DNA of 64,000 bases from Porphyridium purpureum (taxonomy: Eukaryota), in assembly GCA_008690995.1 (NCBI GenBank), contig VRMN01000002.1:1674001-1738000 (forward strand). Reading direction: 5' to 3'. Positions 40,968-51,660 of the stretch are shown here, piece by piece (position 1 is the first letter of the stretch; each line of letters opens with the position of its first letter). The notes under the pieces were generated by a model. That model was not told the origin of the DNA. It saw nothing but the letters and a program-made list of their open reading frames with translations, and did no database searches. A program made the position numbers and the translations under genes.

Positions 40968-42593
40968 ATGAGTGAGCTTCCGCAGCAGCGGCTCACTCCG
41001 CCACCTTCAGCGGCGACCGCGTGTGCGGCTCAAGAAAACGCAGAGTATTCCCGAAAGCAAAAATCGTTGGGCCTCCTGTGCCAGAACTTTTTGAGTCTCT
41101 ACGGCAGGGAGGGCTCAAATGACATCTGTCTCGATAAGGCCGCGAGCAGGCTCGGCGTCGAGCGCCGACGGATTTACGATATCGTGGGCGTGCTCGAGTC
41201 GATTGGCATAGTCGATCGCTTTGGGAAGAACACGTACACGTGGAAAGGCTTTGAGAACCTGACATCGCACCTGGAGCTCCTGGCAAAGGACGATGGCTTG
41301 CTCGTGGATGCTCAAGACTCGGTGGTTGGCGAGCCGGGCGCCGCGTCGCCCGCTCGGCCAGACACCCGAAAGGATAAGGCGCTTGGCATGCTCTCCGCAA
41401 GATTCGTCCGGCTGCTCATCGATCATCCAACGGAAGTTATCAACTTGGAGGACGCCGCCTTGCGTTTACTCGGAAAGAACGAGTTGGCGGCAAGCTCGCA
41501 GGAAGGCTCTGAACAGAGCACAATGATGAAGACGCGCGTTCGTCGTTTGTACGACGTGGCAAACATCCTGGCGTCTCTAAAATTGATTGAAAAGGTCCAG
41601 TCTGGGCGCCATGCTCGTAAACCGGCCTACACCTGGGTCGGCGTCTCATCAGGCGATGCAGACACAGCCGGCGCATCCCAGGTGGTCGTTTCGCAGGAAC
41701 GTGACACGCAGGTCTCGGCTGCTGCTTCTTCTGAAGCCACCGACATGCATGGCAAGGCTCCTTTGGACGCGAGGATGAAGTCAAGCAACAGTCACTCGAA
41801 AAGAGCTGGGTCGTCCTCCGTCGCGAATTCAACGGTAGATCAAGGACCGACCCCAGAAGCTGGCTCCAAGCAGCCAGCGAAAAAGCGGAAGACTGCAGCA
41901 CCTGCAAAGCCCTCCAACGAGAAGACTGCTTCTGGCGCTTCTACGTCGAAAAGGAAAGGAGCGGAAGCAGCAAAGCTCGAACCGGCGCATTCGGACGAGA
42001 GTGTGCGTGAAGCCGCGGACATGTTCTACAAGGAGATGGCAGAGGGTACAATGACTTCGCTGCGCGCGCGGGAGTGGTTGGATAAGTATCATGACGAAAT
42101 TTTGGATTGGTGGAATAGCAGAATCGACCAGACTCGCGCGAGCATCGTGTGCGATGACCCGCATGCTCGTGAGATGGTGTACAGGAGACTTGCCATGATG
42201 AAGGGAAGTGGCCAAACGCCAACTTCACGGGCAGGTGGCACGGCTTCTAGCGTGGAGGGGAAGGAAGGCATCATGAGCGCCGAAGAGATTGAGAAGTATC
42301 TCGCGTCTGCTCGCGAAGCGGGACCAGAGTACTTTGCGCGCGCTTGCCAATGGTTTGTACAGTATGAAGTATGGATGGCGTACCGTTCCGCAGTTCTGGA
42401 GATCCAGGATAAAGAAAAAGAAAAGGAGGAAGCGGGAGCCACGGCTCAGGATGTAGTGCAAGCCGAGCCGCAGATAAGTGACACTGAAGGTCATGAAGCC
42501 ACGACGCAGGCATCTGGTGCTGCGCTCGGCAAGGAGCAGCAGCAACTATGGGCTTCGGTGCTGGCAGGAATGTCAGAGCGCCTAGTATCGTGA
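40968..42593 (+). CDS. Atypical E2F transcription factor (DEL / E2F7-8-like) with two E2F DNA-binding domains
   Basis: [30 protein letters not shown] and [30 protein letters not shown]. Confidence 0.93.
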   Translation: MSELPQQRLTPPPSAATACAAQENAEYSRKQKSLGLLCQNFLSLYGREGSNDICLDKAASRLGVERRRIYDIVGVLESIGIVDRFGKNTYTWKGFENLTSHLELLAKDDGLLVDAQDSVVGEPGAASPARPDTRKDKALGMLSARFVRLLIDHPTEVINLEDAALRLLGKNELAASSQEGSEQSTMMKTRVRRLYDVANILASLKLIEKVQSGRHARKPAYTWVGVSSGDADTAGASQVVVSQERDTQVSAAASSEATDMHGKAPLDARMKSSNSHSKRAGSSSVANSTVDQGPTPEAGSKQPAKKRKTAAPAKPSNEKTASGASTSKRKGAEAAKLEPAHSDESVREAADMFYKEMAEGTMTSLRAREWLDKYHDEILDWWNSRIDQTRASIVCDDPHAREMVYRRLAMMKGSGQTPTSRAGGTASSVEGKEGIMSAEEIEKYLASAREAGPEYFARACQWFVQYEVWMAYRSAVLEIQDKEKEKEEAGATAQDVVQAEPQISDTEGHEATTQASGAALGKEQQQLWASVLAGMSERLVS

Positions 42594-42832
42594 GGCCCTT
42601 TCAAGTTTTCCCCGACTGCCCTGTTTGCGAATTTCTTTTTCCTTCTTCCACGTGCAGCATTGCAGATGAATCATTTTCCGGTCACTGAAGGATTGCCGTG
42701 CACGCCGGCCCTTCATCATTTTTTTATTTGTTAATAATACGCACTTGCCGATTCGCCTTTCTCTGTTTCTGCTTTGTACAGCTTGCATCCGAGCTCCTCT
42801 CTGCGATTCAAATGAGCGAGAGCCTCCGCTGC

Positions 42833-43411
42833 TCATTTTGAGACGGTTCGAATTCCGTTCTTGTCCACGACTTTGATCAAGAAGTCTGGCTGCTTGATCA
42901 AAAACCGAATGCGGACCTCGTCGATCGCCTTTCGCATGACCTCGAGCGCTTCCTGTTCGCTCATGTTGGGCTTGTAGTATCGATCAAGCGTGGCGAGAAT
43001 AAAGTAGGCGCAGTAGCCTTGGGCAGAGAAGGGCATCTTGTGGAGCGTACCGAGGTAGTCAAGATAGAACACCTCTGGTCCATCGTGCTGATCGTAGCCG
43101 CCCAGCAAGAGATTGACAGAGTACGGATTCTTTCTGAGCGACTTGGCGAGCTCGTTGCGCGTGAAGTTTGCGATGGCGCGCGTGCTCTGCGAGACGCCTG
43201 TTCTGAGCTGATACAGGTGCACATTCTTCTGCACGTACTCTGTAAACTGCGCGACGTCTCCCGGCTCGCCCGCCATGCACAGCAAGCGGTGACGATCCAG
43301 CTCCATGATCTTATCCATGTCCTCCTTCATCACCACAATACTGCGCGCGTTCGTCATGTCCGCCGCGCACATCACGAACCCATCGCCCGTCAACGCTATG
43401 ATCGAATCCAT
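42833..43411 (-). CDS. PSMB2: 20S proteasome subunit beta type-2 (beta4)
   Basis: GEPGDVAQFTEYVQKN, ANFTRNELAKSLR..PYSVNLLLGGYD, DYLGT. Confidence 0.95.
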   Translation of the reverse strand: MDSIIALTGDGFVMCAADMTNARSIVVMKEDMDKIMELDRHRLLCMAGEPGDVAQFTEYVQKNVHLYQLRTGVSQSTRAIANFTRNELAKSLRKNPYSVNLLLGGYDQHDGPEVFYLDYLGTLHKMPFSAQGYCAYFILATLDRYYKPNMSEQEALEVMRKAIDEVRIRFLIKQPDFLIKVVDKNGIRTVSK

Positions 43412-43917
43412 CCCCGCCTCAATCTATTCCCCACCAACCAACCCACCCACAAACACACACAGTCTTTACTCTCCGCACCTTGATCGCAATCAACACCTCT
43501 CTCCCTCTCTCCCTCTCTCCCTCTTCCACCGACAACGCGTCTCTTCGTCCACGTTTGCCAGCACTCAATAAGGTACAGCTCGACGTCTTCCTCTTCTTCT
43601 TCTCGTTGCGGTGAACACCCGCACTGTACTTAATTATTTAATACTATTATTTTGCATTTTATTAAGATTAAAGCGAGATGAAACAAACGGCGGTGGGTAC
43701 AGTTGGATCTTGTTGGTTGCGGCTTTAAAGATGACAGGATAACAGGATGACACGTGGAATGCGGAAACGCGCGCGAGATGCAGCGCCAGAGATTCAGAGC
43801 GAGCGGATAAAGCCGGAAATAATCGGTGTGAGCGTGTGAGGGTGAGGGAGCGGGCGGGGGTGTGTGTGTGTTGCTTCGGCGTGTTGCGGACGCAGCGTGC
43901 GCGTAAAGTGTGTGAAG

Positions 43918-44796
43918 ATGATGGCGTTTGTTGGAGGCATCGGGGCCGCTGCCCTTGGGCAGCCGGCGTTGGACCAGAAAAGGCATGTCGCGCGGCATCA
44001 CGTGGTGGTGCGCGGAGCTCGCGATCGATCGCTCGAAGTGCGGCTGGACGCTCTGAGGATTGCGTTGGGATCGGCGTATCACGTGCGTGCGAGCAAGAGA
44101 AGCCGCGTCTCCGTGAGACGCGAGGCGCAGGCGGTCGCGTCGGTCATGGAAGGTGGGGAGAAGCCGCGGAAGGAGCTCGCGAGGAATGGCGCCATCGAGT
44201 TGCTCGGGACGGCGTTTCTCGCGTTTGCTGTGACGAGCAAGTCTGGCGCGATGGCAGCGGTCATGGCCGCAGTCGTGGTCGCCGCGATTGCAAACGCATT
44301 GGGCCCATTCGGCCCAATTCTGCTCAACCCGGCTGTCACGGTTGGTATGGCCTCCACAGAGAAGATCACGTTGCAAGAGGCCGCGCTGTACGTCCCGCTA
44401 CAGCTGCTTGGAGCCTGTCTGGGTCTCGCACTGACCAAATACATCGGCGGCGCGACTGCCGTTGCAGCGCCGGCATTATTTATGGGAAGCACGAACAAGA
44501 CGGTTGTGTTTGAGCTCATCAACAGCGCATTTCTCATGACTTGTATCTACTGCGCCTCGTTTGGAGGTGATAATTCATCCAAGACGCCCTTTGTGGTTGC
44601 GCTGGCCGTTCTGAGCATTGCACTGTTGGGCGCAAGCTGCAATCCTGCAATCGTTTTTGGATGTGCCTGGGCTGCGGGAGCGTCTCTCATGCAGTTTGCA
44701 TTTTGGGTGCCGCAATGTGCCGGCATGGCAGTAGCCGCGCTACTCTCGGAGCATTTCCTGGTTGCCCCTAAGAAAAAAAAAAGCCCAACTCTTTGA
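43918..44796 (+). CDS. Divergent MIP/aquaporin with putative plastid transit peptide
   Basis: ELLGTAFL, LLNPAVT, Y..QLLGA, SCNPAI; six hydrophobic segments; MAFV transit peptide. Confidence 0.85.
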   Translation: MMAFVGGIGAAALGQPALDQKRHVARHHVVVRGARDRSLEVRLDALRIALGSAYHVRASKRSRVSVRREAQAVASVMEGGEKPRKELARNGAIELLGTAFLAFAVTSKSGAMAAVMAAVVVAAIANALGPFGPILLNPAVTVGMASTEKITLQEAALYVPLQLLGACLGLALTKYIGGATAVAAPALFMGSTNKTVVFELINSAFLMTCIYCASFGGDNSSKTPFVVALAVLSIALLGASCNPAIVFGCAWAAGASLMQFAFWVPQCAGMAVAALLSEHFLVAPKKKKSPTL

Positions 44797-45098
44797 TGAG
44801 TCGGTGGAATGATATGTGTCTGCGAAATGGAGTCGACGTGAAGAACATGGGCGCGGCCGGCCTCATCGCGTATGGCGCAATGAATTGCTTGTATTATGGG
44901 ATCGCCTTTGGATTTATGTGGTGTCGACTAGGAGGGTTATCCCGGGGAGGCGCGGACCTGGCAAAAGCTTGGGCCGTAACTTGGGCGGGCTCGCAGGTCA
45001 CCAAACCGTTTCGCCTGGGCCTCGCTTTTGCGTTGTCTCCGTTTGTCAAGAGATTTTTGACTCGTATGAAGAACACAGGTTCAGATTCAACAGAATAG
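44796..45098 (+). CDS. Conserved small membrane protein (FAM210/DUF1279-like, plant/algal type); may be the C-terminal domain of the aquaporin via a frameshift
   Basis: GAAGLIAYGAMNCLYY...WAGSQVTKPFR..LA.ALSPFV resembles a conserved plant/algal family; ATG overlaps the aquaporin TGA. Confidence 0.75.
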   Translation: MSRWNDMCLRNGVDVKNMGAAGLIAYGAMNCLYYGIAFGFMWCRLGGLSRGGADLAKAWAVTWAGSQVTKPFRLGLAFALSPFVKRFLTRMKNTGSDSTE

Positions 45099-45269
45099 AC
45101 AGGTCGTCTTCCCGACGTGAGCCCCTTGTCCCCTCTTGCAGCGATCGTTGGAGACTGCCAAATCCAATAACAGAGCGCTAACCGCCAAGCAAAATTTACA
45201 CACACTTTCAAAATATACAGCTCGCACGACATGGTGTCTCTTGATCTGGTCATTCGATGGCATGATACG

Positions 45270-47468
45270 CTACCTTCCACCAAATTTGGGGATGCATTTG
45301 ATCTTTCGCTCCTTGAGTGCCTCCTCGTTCAGGGTGCCCTTGTCATGACAGGCAAGTTTGTCCCCGACCTTCCGCTGTGAGACGAGCCCCGAGCCCGTCC
45401 CAAACGTGACCTTCTTTTCAGCCATCAATTCGAGCTCCATCAGAGAGCGCATTTCTTGGTGAATATTTCGGCACCAATACTTGTTTTCCATTTCAAAGCC
45501 ATGGTACGAGACAACTTTCTTGTTGTCCTCGTAGATGAGCTCTTTCTTCCACGGAAATCGGCGGACTTCCTTGAGCCAGACCGATGTTGGGAACGGGTCG
45601 AGTCGCGACTTGATGCAAAAGTAGAGCCTTTGCGATCCGCAGCGGGGACATAAATTGGTCGTCTCGGCCTCGCACGCTTCAATGTGAGGGCGAAGCTGCT
45701 CCACAAGCGCACGATTGAGTACGATGGTCCCGCCTTGGATGATGTTATTGCATCCTGTTCTGCAAAATGTCCTGTTGCAAGACTTGATCGCCTCTGTTTC
45801 CGTAAAGGGAAGCGGCATGTAGGGGTGAACTTTTTGGTACTCCTCGGTGAGGCTAGCGTGAAGCTCTCGTGTCATATTTCCCGGCTCATCCTGCATGTGG
45901 CACCATGTGCCCGATGCTTCAAAATACTGCTTTCTCAAAGGGAGACGGTACCGACCATCCGCGTCTCCGTTGTCAATGCGAATAAGCTCCAAGTCTCCAC
46001 CCCAAGTCGGCTGCTCTGACGTCAACCTGCGCCTGATGAGCTCAGAAAACGAGGAGGGGAATATAAAAACGTCGTCGTCAATGAGCGCAAGCCACTTGAT
46101 TCTCGGGTTGTCCTTCATAATCAAGTCCCACGACTCTCGAACGCGCACAAGATGCGACCATGACTGCATCATGTGCAAGCGCGGCTCTAATTCCGGTCGT
46201 GCCGGAGACACTACGTCGACGCGAATTGGTCCAGCCAAGCTTTCTAGTCGTTCGAGCACGCTTTCGCTCTGCTCGACGTTGGTCGTGATTAAGACATTGT
46301 CAGGCGGAAGGAGCCGCATGAATGTGTCGGCTTGCGCGAAGACTCGCCTCCCAAAGGTAGAGTTTCCGGCAAGCACTGTAAACAAAATGTCGTCTGAAAC
46401 CCCGCCAACACCCTCGACGCCAAATCCGACCCGAGAAAGCGCCACTTCGGTGATTTTAGAATCCGTATTCATCCTCTTTCTGACCATTTTCATCATGTTG
46501 TTGAACTTTTGAGTGAGGACCCGTGCTGCCTGCCACTGGCCCGGTTCGTCACTCGCATCGTATACCTTTAAATCCAGATAAAGAGTCGCTGATCCAATTT
46601 GCTCTTTTCGGATCAGAAACTCAAGCCACTGCACTGCCTCCCAGCCGCTAACGTTCGCCGAAACGAAAACCAACGTGCTTTCCTCGAACGGTCGCGTCCA
46701 TGCGTCCAGATCATGGACCACGAGGTCGACGGGACGAAGCGCGGTATCTGAACGGCGCCTACTGCTAGACTTTGAAGAAGCCATCTCGTACTTGCGCAAC
46801 ACGAGCGTCGCGTTGTCCAGCAAGATATGTTCATCATACTCTCTGAGCTTCATTTGGAACATCTTGGACTGAAAGTCAGCCAAGGCAGACACAGTGTGAT
46901 TTTTTTGGTTTGTCTTGCGATGCAAAGGGTCCACATCTCGGCTTCTTCGTTGGCAGCCAGGCCCTGTCTCGAGCACCACTAGTGCAAACATGCGTGGATC
47001 CGGTGCTGGGTGCGTCTGAGCGTCAAGCTCACGATCTTCAGGAAGCAGCAAACGCTCGAAAATCTTCAGGATGCCGTCCAGTCCCTGTGGCGCACCTGTG
47101 TCCTGTGTAAGCAGGTCAAAGACATAACCTGTAGTTTCAAAGTTCGTCTTGTCGTACTCCGCACAGCTTCCCACCGCAGCGAACACGAATTCGTACGGAT
47201 TTGCGACGTTCGGACTGGATTGATTTCTGAACGTGTCCTCATGTTGTCCACGTGGTAACACTGACTTGCGGGCCATCGTGTGAGCAGCGCGAGTCCAACC
47301 CAACTCATACCCAGCGAAGAACAGCGCGAGCGCGACGAGCGGCAGAAGCAACCACACCGCTCGCGCTGGCTCCAACAACCGCCATGCGACGCACAGATCC
47401 AGCAACGCAGCGCGCATCCGCTTGACCCGTCGAGTCCATGCAGCATGCAGTCCACCACCAGAAGCCAT
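45270..47468 (-). CDS. Type II membrane glycosyltransferase, GT31/Fringe-like C-terminal domain
   Basis: N-terminal TM (WLLLPLVALALFFAGY); KWLALIDDDVFI DxD motif; QGGTIVLNRALV; VSYHG. Confidence 0.75.
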   Translation of the reverse strand: MASGGGLHAAWTRRVKRMRAALLDLCVAWRLLEPARAVWLLLPLVALALFFAGYELGWTRAAHTMARKSVLPRGQHEDTFRNQSSPNVANPYEFVFAAVGSCAEYDKTNFETTGYVFDLLTQDTGAPQGLDGILKIFERLLLPEDRELDAQTHPAPDPRMFALVVLETGPGCQRRSRDVDPLHRKTNQKNHTVSALADFQSKMFQMKLREYDEHILLDNATLVLRKYEMASSKSSSRRRSDTALRPVDLVVHDLDAWTRPFEESTLVFVSANVSGWEAVQWLEFLIRKEQIGSATLYLDLKVYDASDEPGQWQAARVLTQKFNNMMKMVRKRMNTDSKITEVALSRVGFGVEGVGGVSDDILFTVLAGNSTFGRRVFAQADTFMRLLPPDNVLITTNVEQSESVLERLESLAGPIRVDVVSPARPELEPRLHMMQSWSHLVRVRESWDLIMKDNPRIKWLALIDDDVFIFPSSFSELIRRRLTSEQPTWGGDLELIRIDNGDADGRYRLPLRKQYFEASGTWCHMQDEPGNMTRELHASLTEEYQKVHPYMPLPFTETEAIKSCNRTFCRTGCNNIIQGGTIVLNRALVEQLRPHIEACEAETTNLCPRCGSQRLYFCIKSRLDPFPTSVWLKEVRRFPWKKELIYEDNKKVVSYHGFEMENKYWCRNIHQEMRSLMELELMAEKKVTFGTGSGLVSQRKVGDKLACHDKGTLNEEALKERKIKCIPKFGGR

Positions 47469-47753
47469 ACTCCGTCGCCCTGTCCCACACCACCACCACT
47501 TTCACGTCTCACACGCAGCTGCACCTGCACATGCAAACTCGCGTTTCGGCATTTTTCGCGGTGGCTCCAAATGACCAACTGTACCTCACGGCACAAAAGT
47601 ACTGTTAAGCTGTACTTCCTTGCTAGCGAGAAACCCTAATCCTTTTTGGCCTTTTCTGGGAGCAGGCGGCTGAGTAAGCGCGCGGAGGAAGAAGGTGGCT
47701 GAGTGGGTTGGTGGGAGCGATTGGGGTTGGGTTGGGTTGGGTTTAGATGAGGG

Positions 47754-49187
47754 ATGAACCGGCACGAGCGACGGCTGGTGGAGAAGGCCAAGCGCGGAAT
47801 ACGCACGGACTTGCGTCCAAGTGAGTGGAGTATTCAAGGGTATGCGTGGGACGCGAAAGTATTGAATGAAGTGGAGCCGCATGGCGTGCTGGCCGTGGAG
47901 CTTGCATCCGAGCTGAGCTTGGAGCGGTTTCGGACGCAGTACGAGGCCGCAAGGCTGCCTTTGGTGATCCGGGGGGCAATGGATAAGTGGCCTGCATACG
48001 CGCAAGGACGCTGGGCATTGCCGCGAATCGACGCTCGGTTCAGACATGTGAAGATGCGCTGCGGCGAGGACGACGATGGCGCCGCAGTCCGCCTGAAGAT
48101 TAAGTACTTTCTAAGGTATTGTGAGCTGCAGCGAGACGACTCGCCGCTCTACATTTTTGATAGCAAGCCCATTAGCATAGGCAGCTTGCGGCACGACTAT
48201 CAAGTGCCAGAGTATTTCAAAGAGGATTTGTTTGCGTTCGTGCCCGAGCCCAGGCGGCCGCCGCACAAGTGGTTCTTGATCGGTCCGAAAAGGTCTGGCA
48301 GCAATGTTCACATAGACCCGCTGGCTACAAGCGCATGGAACGCGCTGATCGCGGGGAAGAAACGCTGGATCTTTTTTCCACCAGGAACCTCCCGCAAGGT
48401 TGTGAAGGCAAAGTACTGGATGCGCGAAGGTGAGGATGATGAACCAATCGACTATTTCACGGTGGCGCTGCCGCGCATGAAGCGGACGCTCGGGGACAAA
48501 TTTGAGTATATCGAGTTTATCCAGAAACCCGGTGAAATCGTCTTCGTGCCCGGCGGCTGGTGGCACGCGGTGCTCAACCTTGAGGATTCTGTAGCCGTGA
48601 CTCACAATTTTTGCAGTAGCATCAATTTTAAGAACGTCTGGGTCGAAACGCGCACCGGGCGCCGAGGCATGGCGCGTCGCTGGTTGGCTGAGTTGGCCAT
48701 GGCTCGTCCAGATCTCGTGGAACAGGCGTGCGCCCTGAATTCGCGCGACGGATACGACATGGAAGCGGCGCGCGTGACTCACCATCGTGAATACCGTGCA
48801 CAGATGCAGCGACGCCGAGCGAAACGGCATATGCAGCGCATGGCACGCAAGCGCGTCAAGACCGCGCGCGCCGTACTGGACAATAATGCGCCACTCCTGG
48901 AGGAGGAAGACCAGAAAAGCAGTTCTAGCAGCGTCGAAACAAGTTCGACTCTTTCAAGCCTGTCACAGAGTGGCGGGTACCAATATTCAGACGACGACTT
49001 GCTCGAGGTAGAAATGACTTGCGCAGCAATGTTGTCAAGCTCTGCCGCGGTGGGTAATGGAGACTCCGTCAACCTCCCAAGCTCGGTAAAGCAGACGGGA
49101 TCGTCGAATTTGGTAGGAGTGACGAATCGCGACATAGTTTCCTCGGACTGCAAGGGGAACATGAACACCAGTGAACGTGCCCAGTAG
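47754..49187 (+). CDS. JMJD6: JmjC protein JMJD6 (arginine demethylase / lysyl hydroxylase)
   Basis: KCGEDDDG-like MRCGEDDDG, DDSPLYIFDS, RPPHKWF..GPKRSG..HIDPLATSAWN, GWWHAVLN; poly-Ser tail. Confidence 0.95.
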   Translation: MNRHERRLVEKAKRGIRTDLRPSEWSIQGYAWDAKVLNEVEPHGVLAVELASELSLERFRTQYEAARLPLVIRGAMDKWPAYAQGRWALPRIDARFRHVKMRCGEDDDGAAVRLKIKYFLRYCELQRDDSPLYIFDSKPISIGSLRHDYQVPEYFKEDLFAFVPEPRRPPHKWFLIGPKRSGSNVHIDPLATSAWNALIAGKKRWIFFPPGTSRKVVKAKYWMREGEDDEPIDYFTVALPRMKRTLGDKFEYIEFIQKPGEIVFVPGGWWHAVLNLEDSVAVTHNFCSSINFKNVWVETRTGRRGMARRWLAELAMARPDLVEQACALNSRDGYDMEAARVTHHREYRAQMQRRRAKRHMQRMARKRVKTARAVLDNNAPLLEEEDQKSSSSSVETSSTLSSLSQSGGYQYSDDDLLEVEMTCAAMLSSSAAVGNGDSVNLPSSVKQTGSSNLVGVTNRDIVSSDCKGNMNTSERAQ

Positions 49188-49554
49188 AGCATATAGATTG
49201 ATTTGATTTTCATTCGCTTGGATTTTTTGTTTATTTTTTCTGGTTTTCCTCTGGCCACGAGCACCTGCACATGCAGGAACCAAAGATTTGTCCGTTCGAT
49301 TCCAGGCGCACAAGATGCATGTCAGCCACGCGCTCTGTCGTCTTTGTTCGGCGCTTCGCCTGAGCTTAGACATGTTCAGTGGCAGTCCACATCTTCGTTC
49401 ACATGAGCACAAATCTCGGTTCTGTGAAGCCAAACGGCAGTTGTGTGCGGCAGACTGCTGTGACTTCTGCTGTCCAGGTTGTCACCACGGGCTCCACACG
49501 AAACACAGCATCAGCGTTTGTCGGCCAGTAGGAGCGCGCTTGCCCTCCGTCACG

Positions 49555-50892
49555 TCATGAAGACGAAGCAAAATCTGCCTTCCACTCAAGCGTGCATTTC
49601 TGCACATCCACTTTGATTTGCTGATGCCCCAGCTCTCGTCCAGGAACCTCAGTCGTTGCCGTGAGCGCACAGGCTGCTGCTTCCATCCACCGTAGTTCTT
49701 GAACCGTTGGTCGCACAACGGTCGGAGTAAAACCTCCTCCGCTGACCGTCACAAAGGGAAACGGATACAACGTAACCGTACGCGTCTTGTCGTCCTCATC
49801 TTGAAATTCATCGTGTGGCATCTCGATTTCATGCTCTTCAATAAAGTCCAAATCAGCGAACGGAGTCGCGACGTCCTCGGCAAAGAGTAAGACGAGTTCG
49901 CGACGACGCCAGCACATTCTCACGATGGAAGCCGGCGGGCTCGTCATTTTGCGCCAGTTCTGACACTCAACATGATGACCCGTTTCCAAGACCCAGTCAG
50001 CTTTTTGACACTCGGACGAGCAGTACAAAATGAACTTGCATGCTGCACAGCGAAATACATCCTGGCCGGCTTCAAACTCGACCCCACAACCAGCACAGCG
50101 GAACTCTGTGTCGGCAAACGCGTCGATGTTTTCTGCCTCAGGCACCGTGACCTTCATGAATTTGAGCTTCATTGCACGGAGCGACTTGCCCGCAGCAAAG
50201 CCGCGACTGCGCTTATCGAGAAATCCCAGCACATTGATATAATTCGCGATCTCGGTCTCAATCGTGACGGAATCAAATGAAATCCCAAAGGCGAGGTTCT
50301 CCGAGAACCCGCGGTTCCACGGCGCCGAGTGGTACAGAAGCACAAAATTTCGCATGCATCGCATCAGCAGATCGTCCGTCACACCCGGAGCGCCCGTGAT
50401 ACTGGGCAGGGCGCCGGCCTCGCCTTGTGTTGCCAGGTCCTTCTCGATCAGCTTTTGAGAGTACGTCTGAACGTAGTTTTGAATACCATCTGCTTTGGTC
50501 AAATACGAGACTCGAATGCCGGCCTGGCCCAGAATTTGCTCCAACGGTTCAATAAGTTTTTTATCGCTGCAGTGGAGGAACTCTGGCCGACGCACAGGAC
50601 TGCCTGTTGGCGGGTCGAGGATTGCTTCCAATACGAATCGCGCGAGTTGCTTGGCATCTGGCTTTATGTGGTGATTACTCGCCTTTCCTGGAAGCGAGCT
50701 GCAGAGCACGAAGCCACGCGGATACAGCTCGTTGAGAATGATCAGGTACGGCCGGACTGGGCGGTCGTCCGAATCTGCGACCCATACGTTCAGCTTGTGC
50801 GCGTCAATTTCCCACACAATTTTGTCCGGCTGCTCGATCTTCCGCGCAGCACGCACTAGATCCTCCAAGGACTGACGAGAAGCTGTCGCCAT
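49555..50892 (-). CDS. MYND zinc-finger protein
   Basis: CAGC..RCAACKFILYCSSECQKADW..HHVEC; first ATG 50892. Confidence 0.85.
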   Translation of the reverse strand: MATASRQSLEDLVRAARKIEQPDKIVWEIDAHKLNVWVADSDDRPVRPYLIILNELYPRGFVLCSSLPGKASNHHIKPDAKQLARFVLEAILDPPTGSPVRRPEFLHCSDKKLIEPLEQILGQAGIRVSYLTKADGIQNYVQTYSQKLIEKDLATQGEAGALPSITGAPGVTDDLLMRCMRNFVLLYHSAPWNRGFSENLAFGISFDSVTIETEIANYINVLGFLDKRSRGFAAGKSLRAMKLKFMKVTVPEAENIDAFADTEFRCAGCGVEFEAGQDVFRCAACKFILYCSSECQKADWVLETGHHVECQNWRKMTSPPASIVRMCWRRRELVLLFAEDVATPFADLDFIEEHEIEMPHDEFQDEDDKTRTVTLYPFPFVTVSGGGFTPTVVRPTVQELRWMEAAACALTATTEVPGRELGHQQIKVDVQKCTLEWKADFASSS

Positions 50893-51024
50893 CGCTTGCG
50901 CCCTCAGGACCGCCACTCCCGCTTTCGCACCTCTGCATATGACGCCGAGACCTTGCGCCACCTCGCACGCCTTCGCCCCGAGAAAAAGACAACCAGAAGC
51001 ATCTTTATGTGAAAGGAGCACGTT

Positions 51025-51660
51025 TTACCAGACGTTTCGAACTAGGGTTTCGGCGGAGCTTTGGAGCTTTGGTGCTTGTTGTTGGTCGAGGAGTCCGCAA
51101 TCAACGATGGTGACTGGTTGCTTGGGTCGATTCTGTGGGCCCACACCGCCGATCTCTTCCATGTGGTAGATGACAGACATGCCCTCTAGCACGCGGCCAA
51201 ATGCAATGTAGCGGCCGTCAAGGTACCCAGAGTCGGCCTTGGTCTGGATCAGAAACCGAGAGTCGGCCTTGCCATCGCGCGCATGGCACATGCTAATCAG
51301 CCCGGCCACTGAGTGCCGCAGATCAAAGTTCTCAGGCATATAGCTGCCGCCGGGAAGTATGGCGCGGCCTTGCTTGCCTTTGGAGGAAGGAATGTCGCCA
51401 CCTTGGACAGTGAGGCCGGACACGACGCGGTAGAACGAGCTGCCACGGTATCCGGCACCCTCTTTGTCTGTGATCAGACCCACAAAATTCTGGACCGTGG
51501 TCGGGGCAACATCTCCAAAAAGGCCAATCACAATGCGCTGTGGCTCCTCGCCTTCCACTTGCACATCCATGAAGCACTTCTGAGTAATTTTCGGCGGATA
51601 CTCACGCGGGTCAAGTTTCCACTTCGGCCCCTCATCCGCACGACTTGGACGCACGAGAAG
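51025..51660 (-). CDS. Cyclophilin-type PPIase exon, probably thylakoid lumenal; appears to be the terminal exon of the upstream aminopeptidase P gene
   Basis: RIVIGLFGDVAPTTVQNF, YRGSSFYRV, QGGD, ENFDLRH, LDGRYIAFGRVLEGM; preceded by pyrimidine tract and CAG acceptor at 51661. Confidence 0.88.
   Translation of the reverse strand, partial: LLVRPSRADEGPKWKLDPREYPPKITQKCFMDVQVEGEEPQRIVIGLFGDVAPTTVQNFVGLITDKEGAGYRGSSFYRVVSGLTVQGGDIPSSKGKQGRAILPGGSYMPENFDLRHSVAGLISMCHARDGKADSRFLIQTKADSGYLDGRYIAFGRVLEGMSVIYHMEEIGGVGPQNRPKQPVTIVDCGLLDQQQAPKLQSSAETLVRNVW

Noticed and set aside
42843..42858. GGTTCGAATTCC resembling a tRNA T-loop / B box
   Set aside because: Lies antisense within the PSMB2 coding sequence and no cloverleaf is evident
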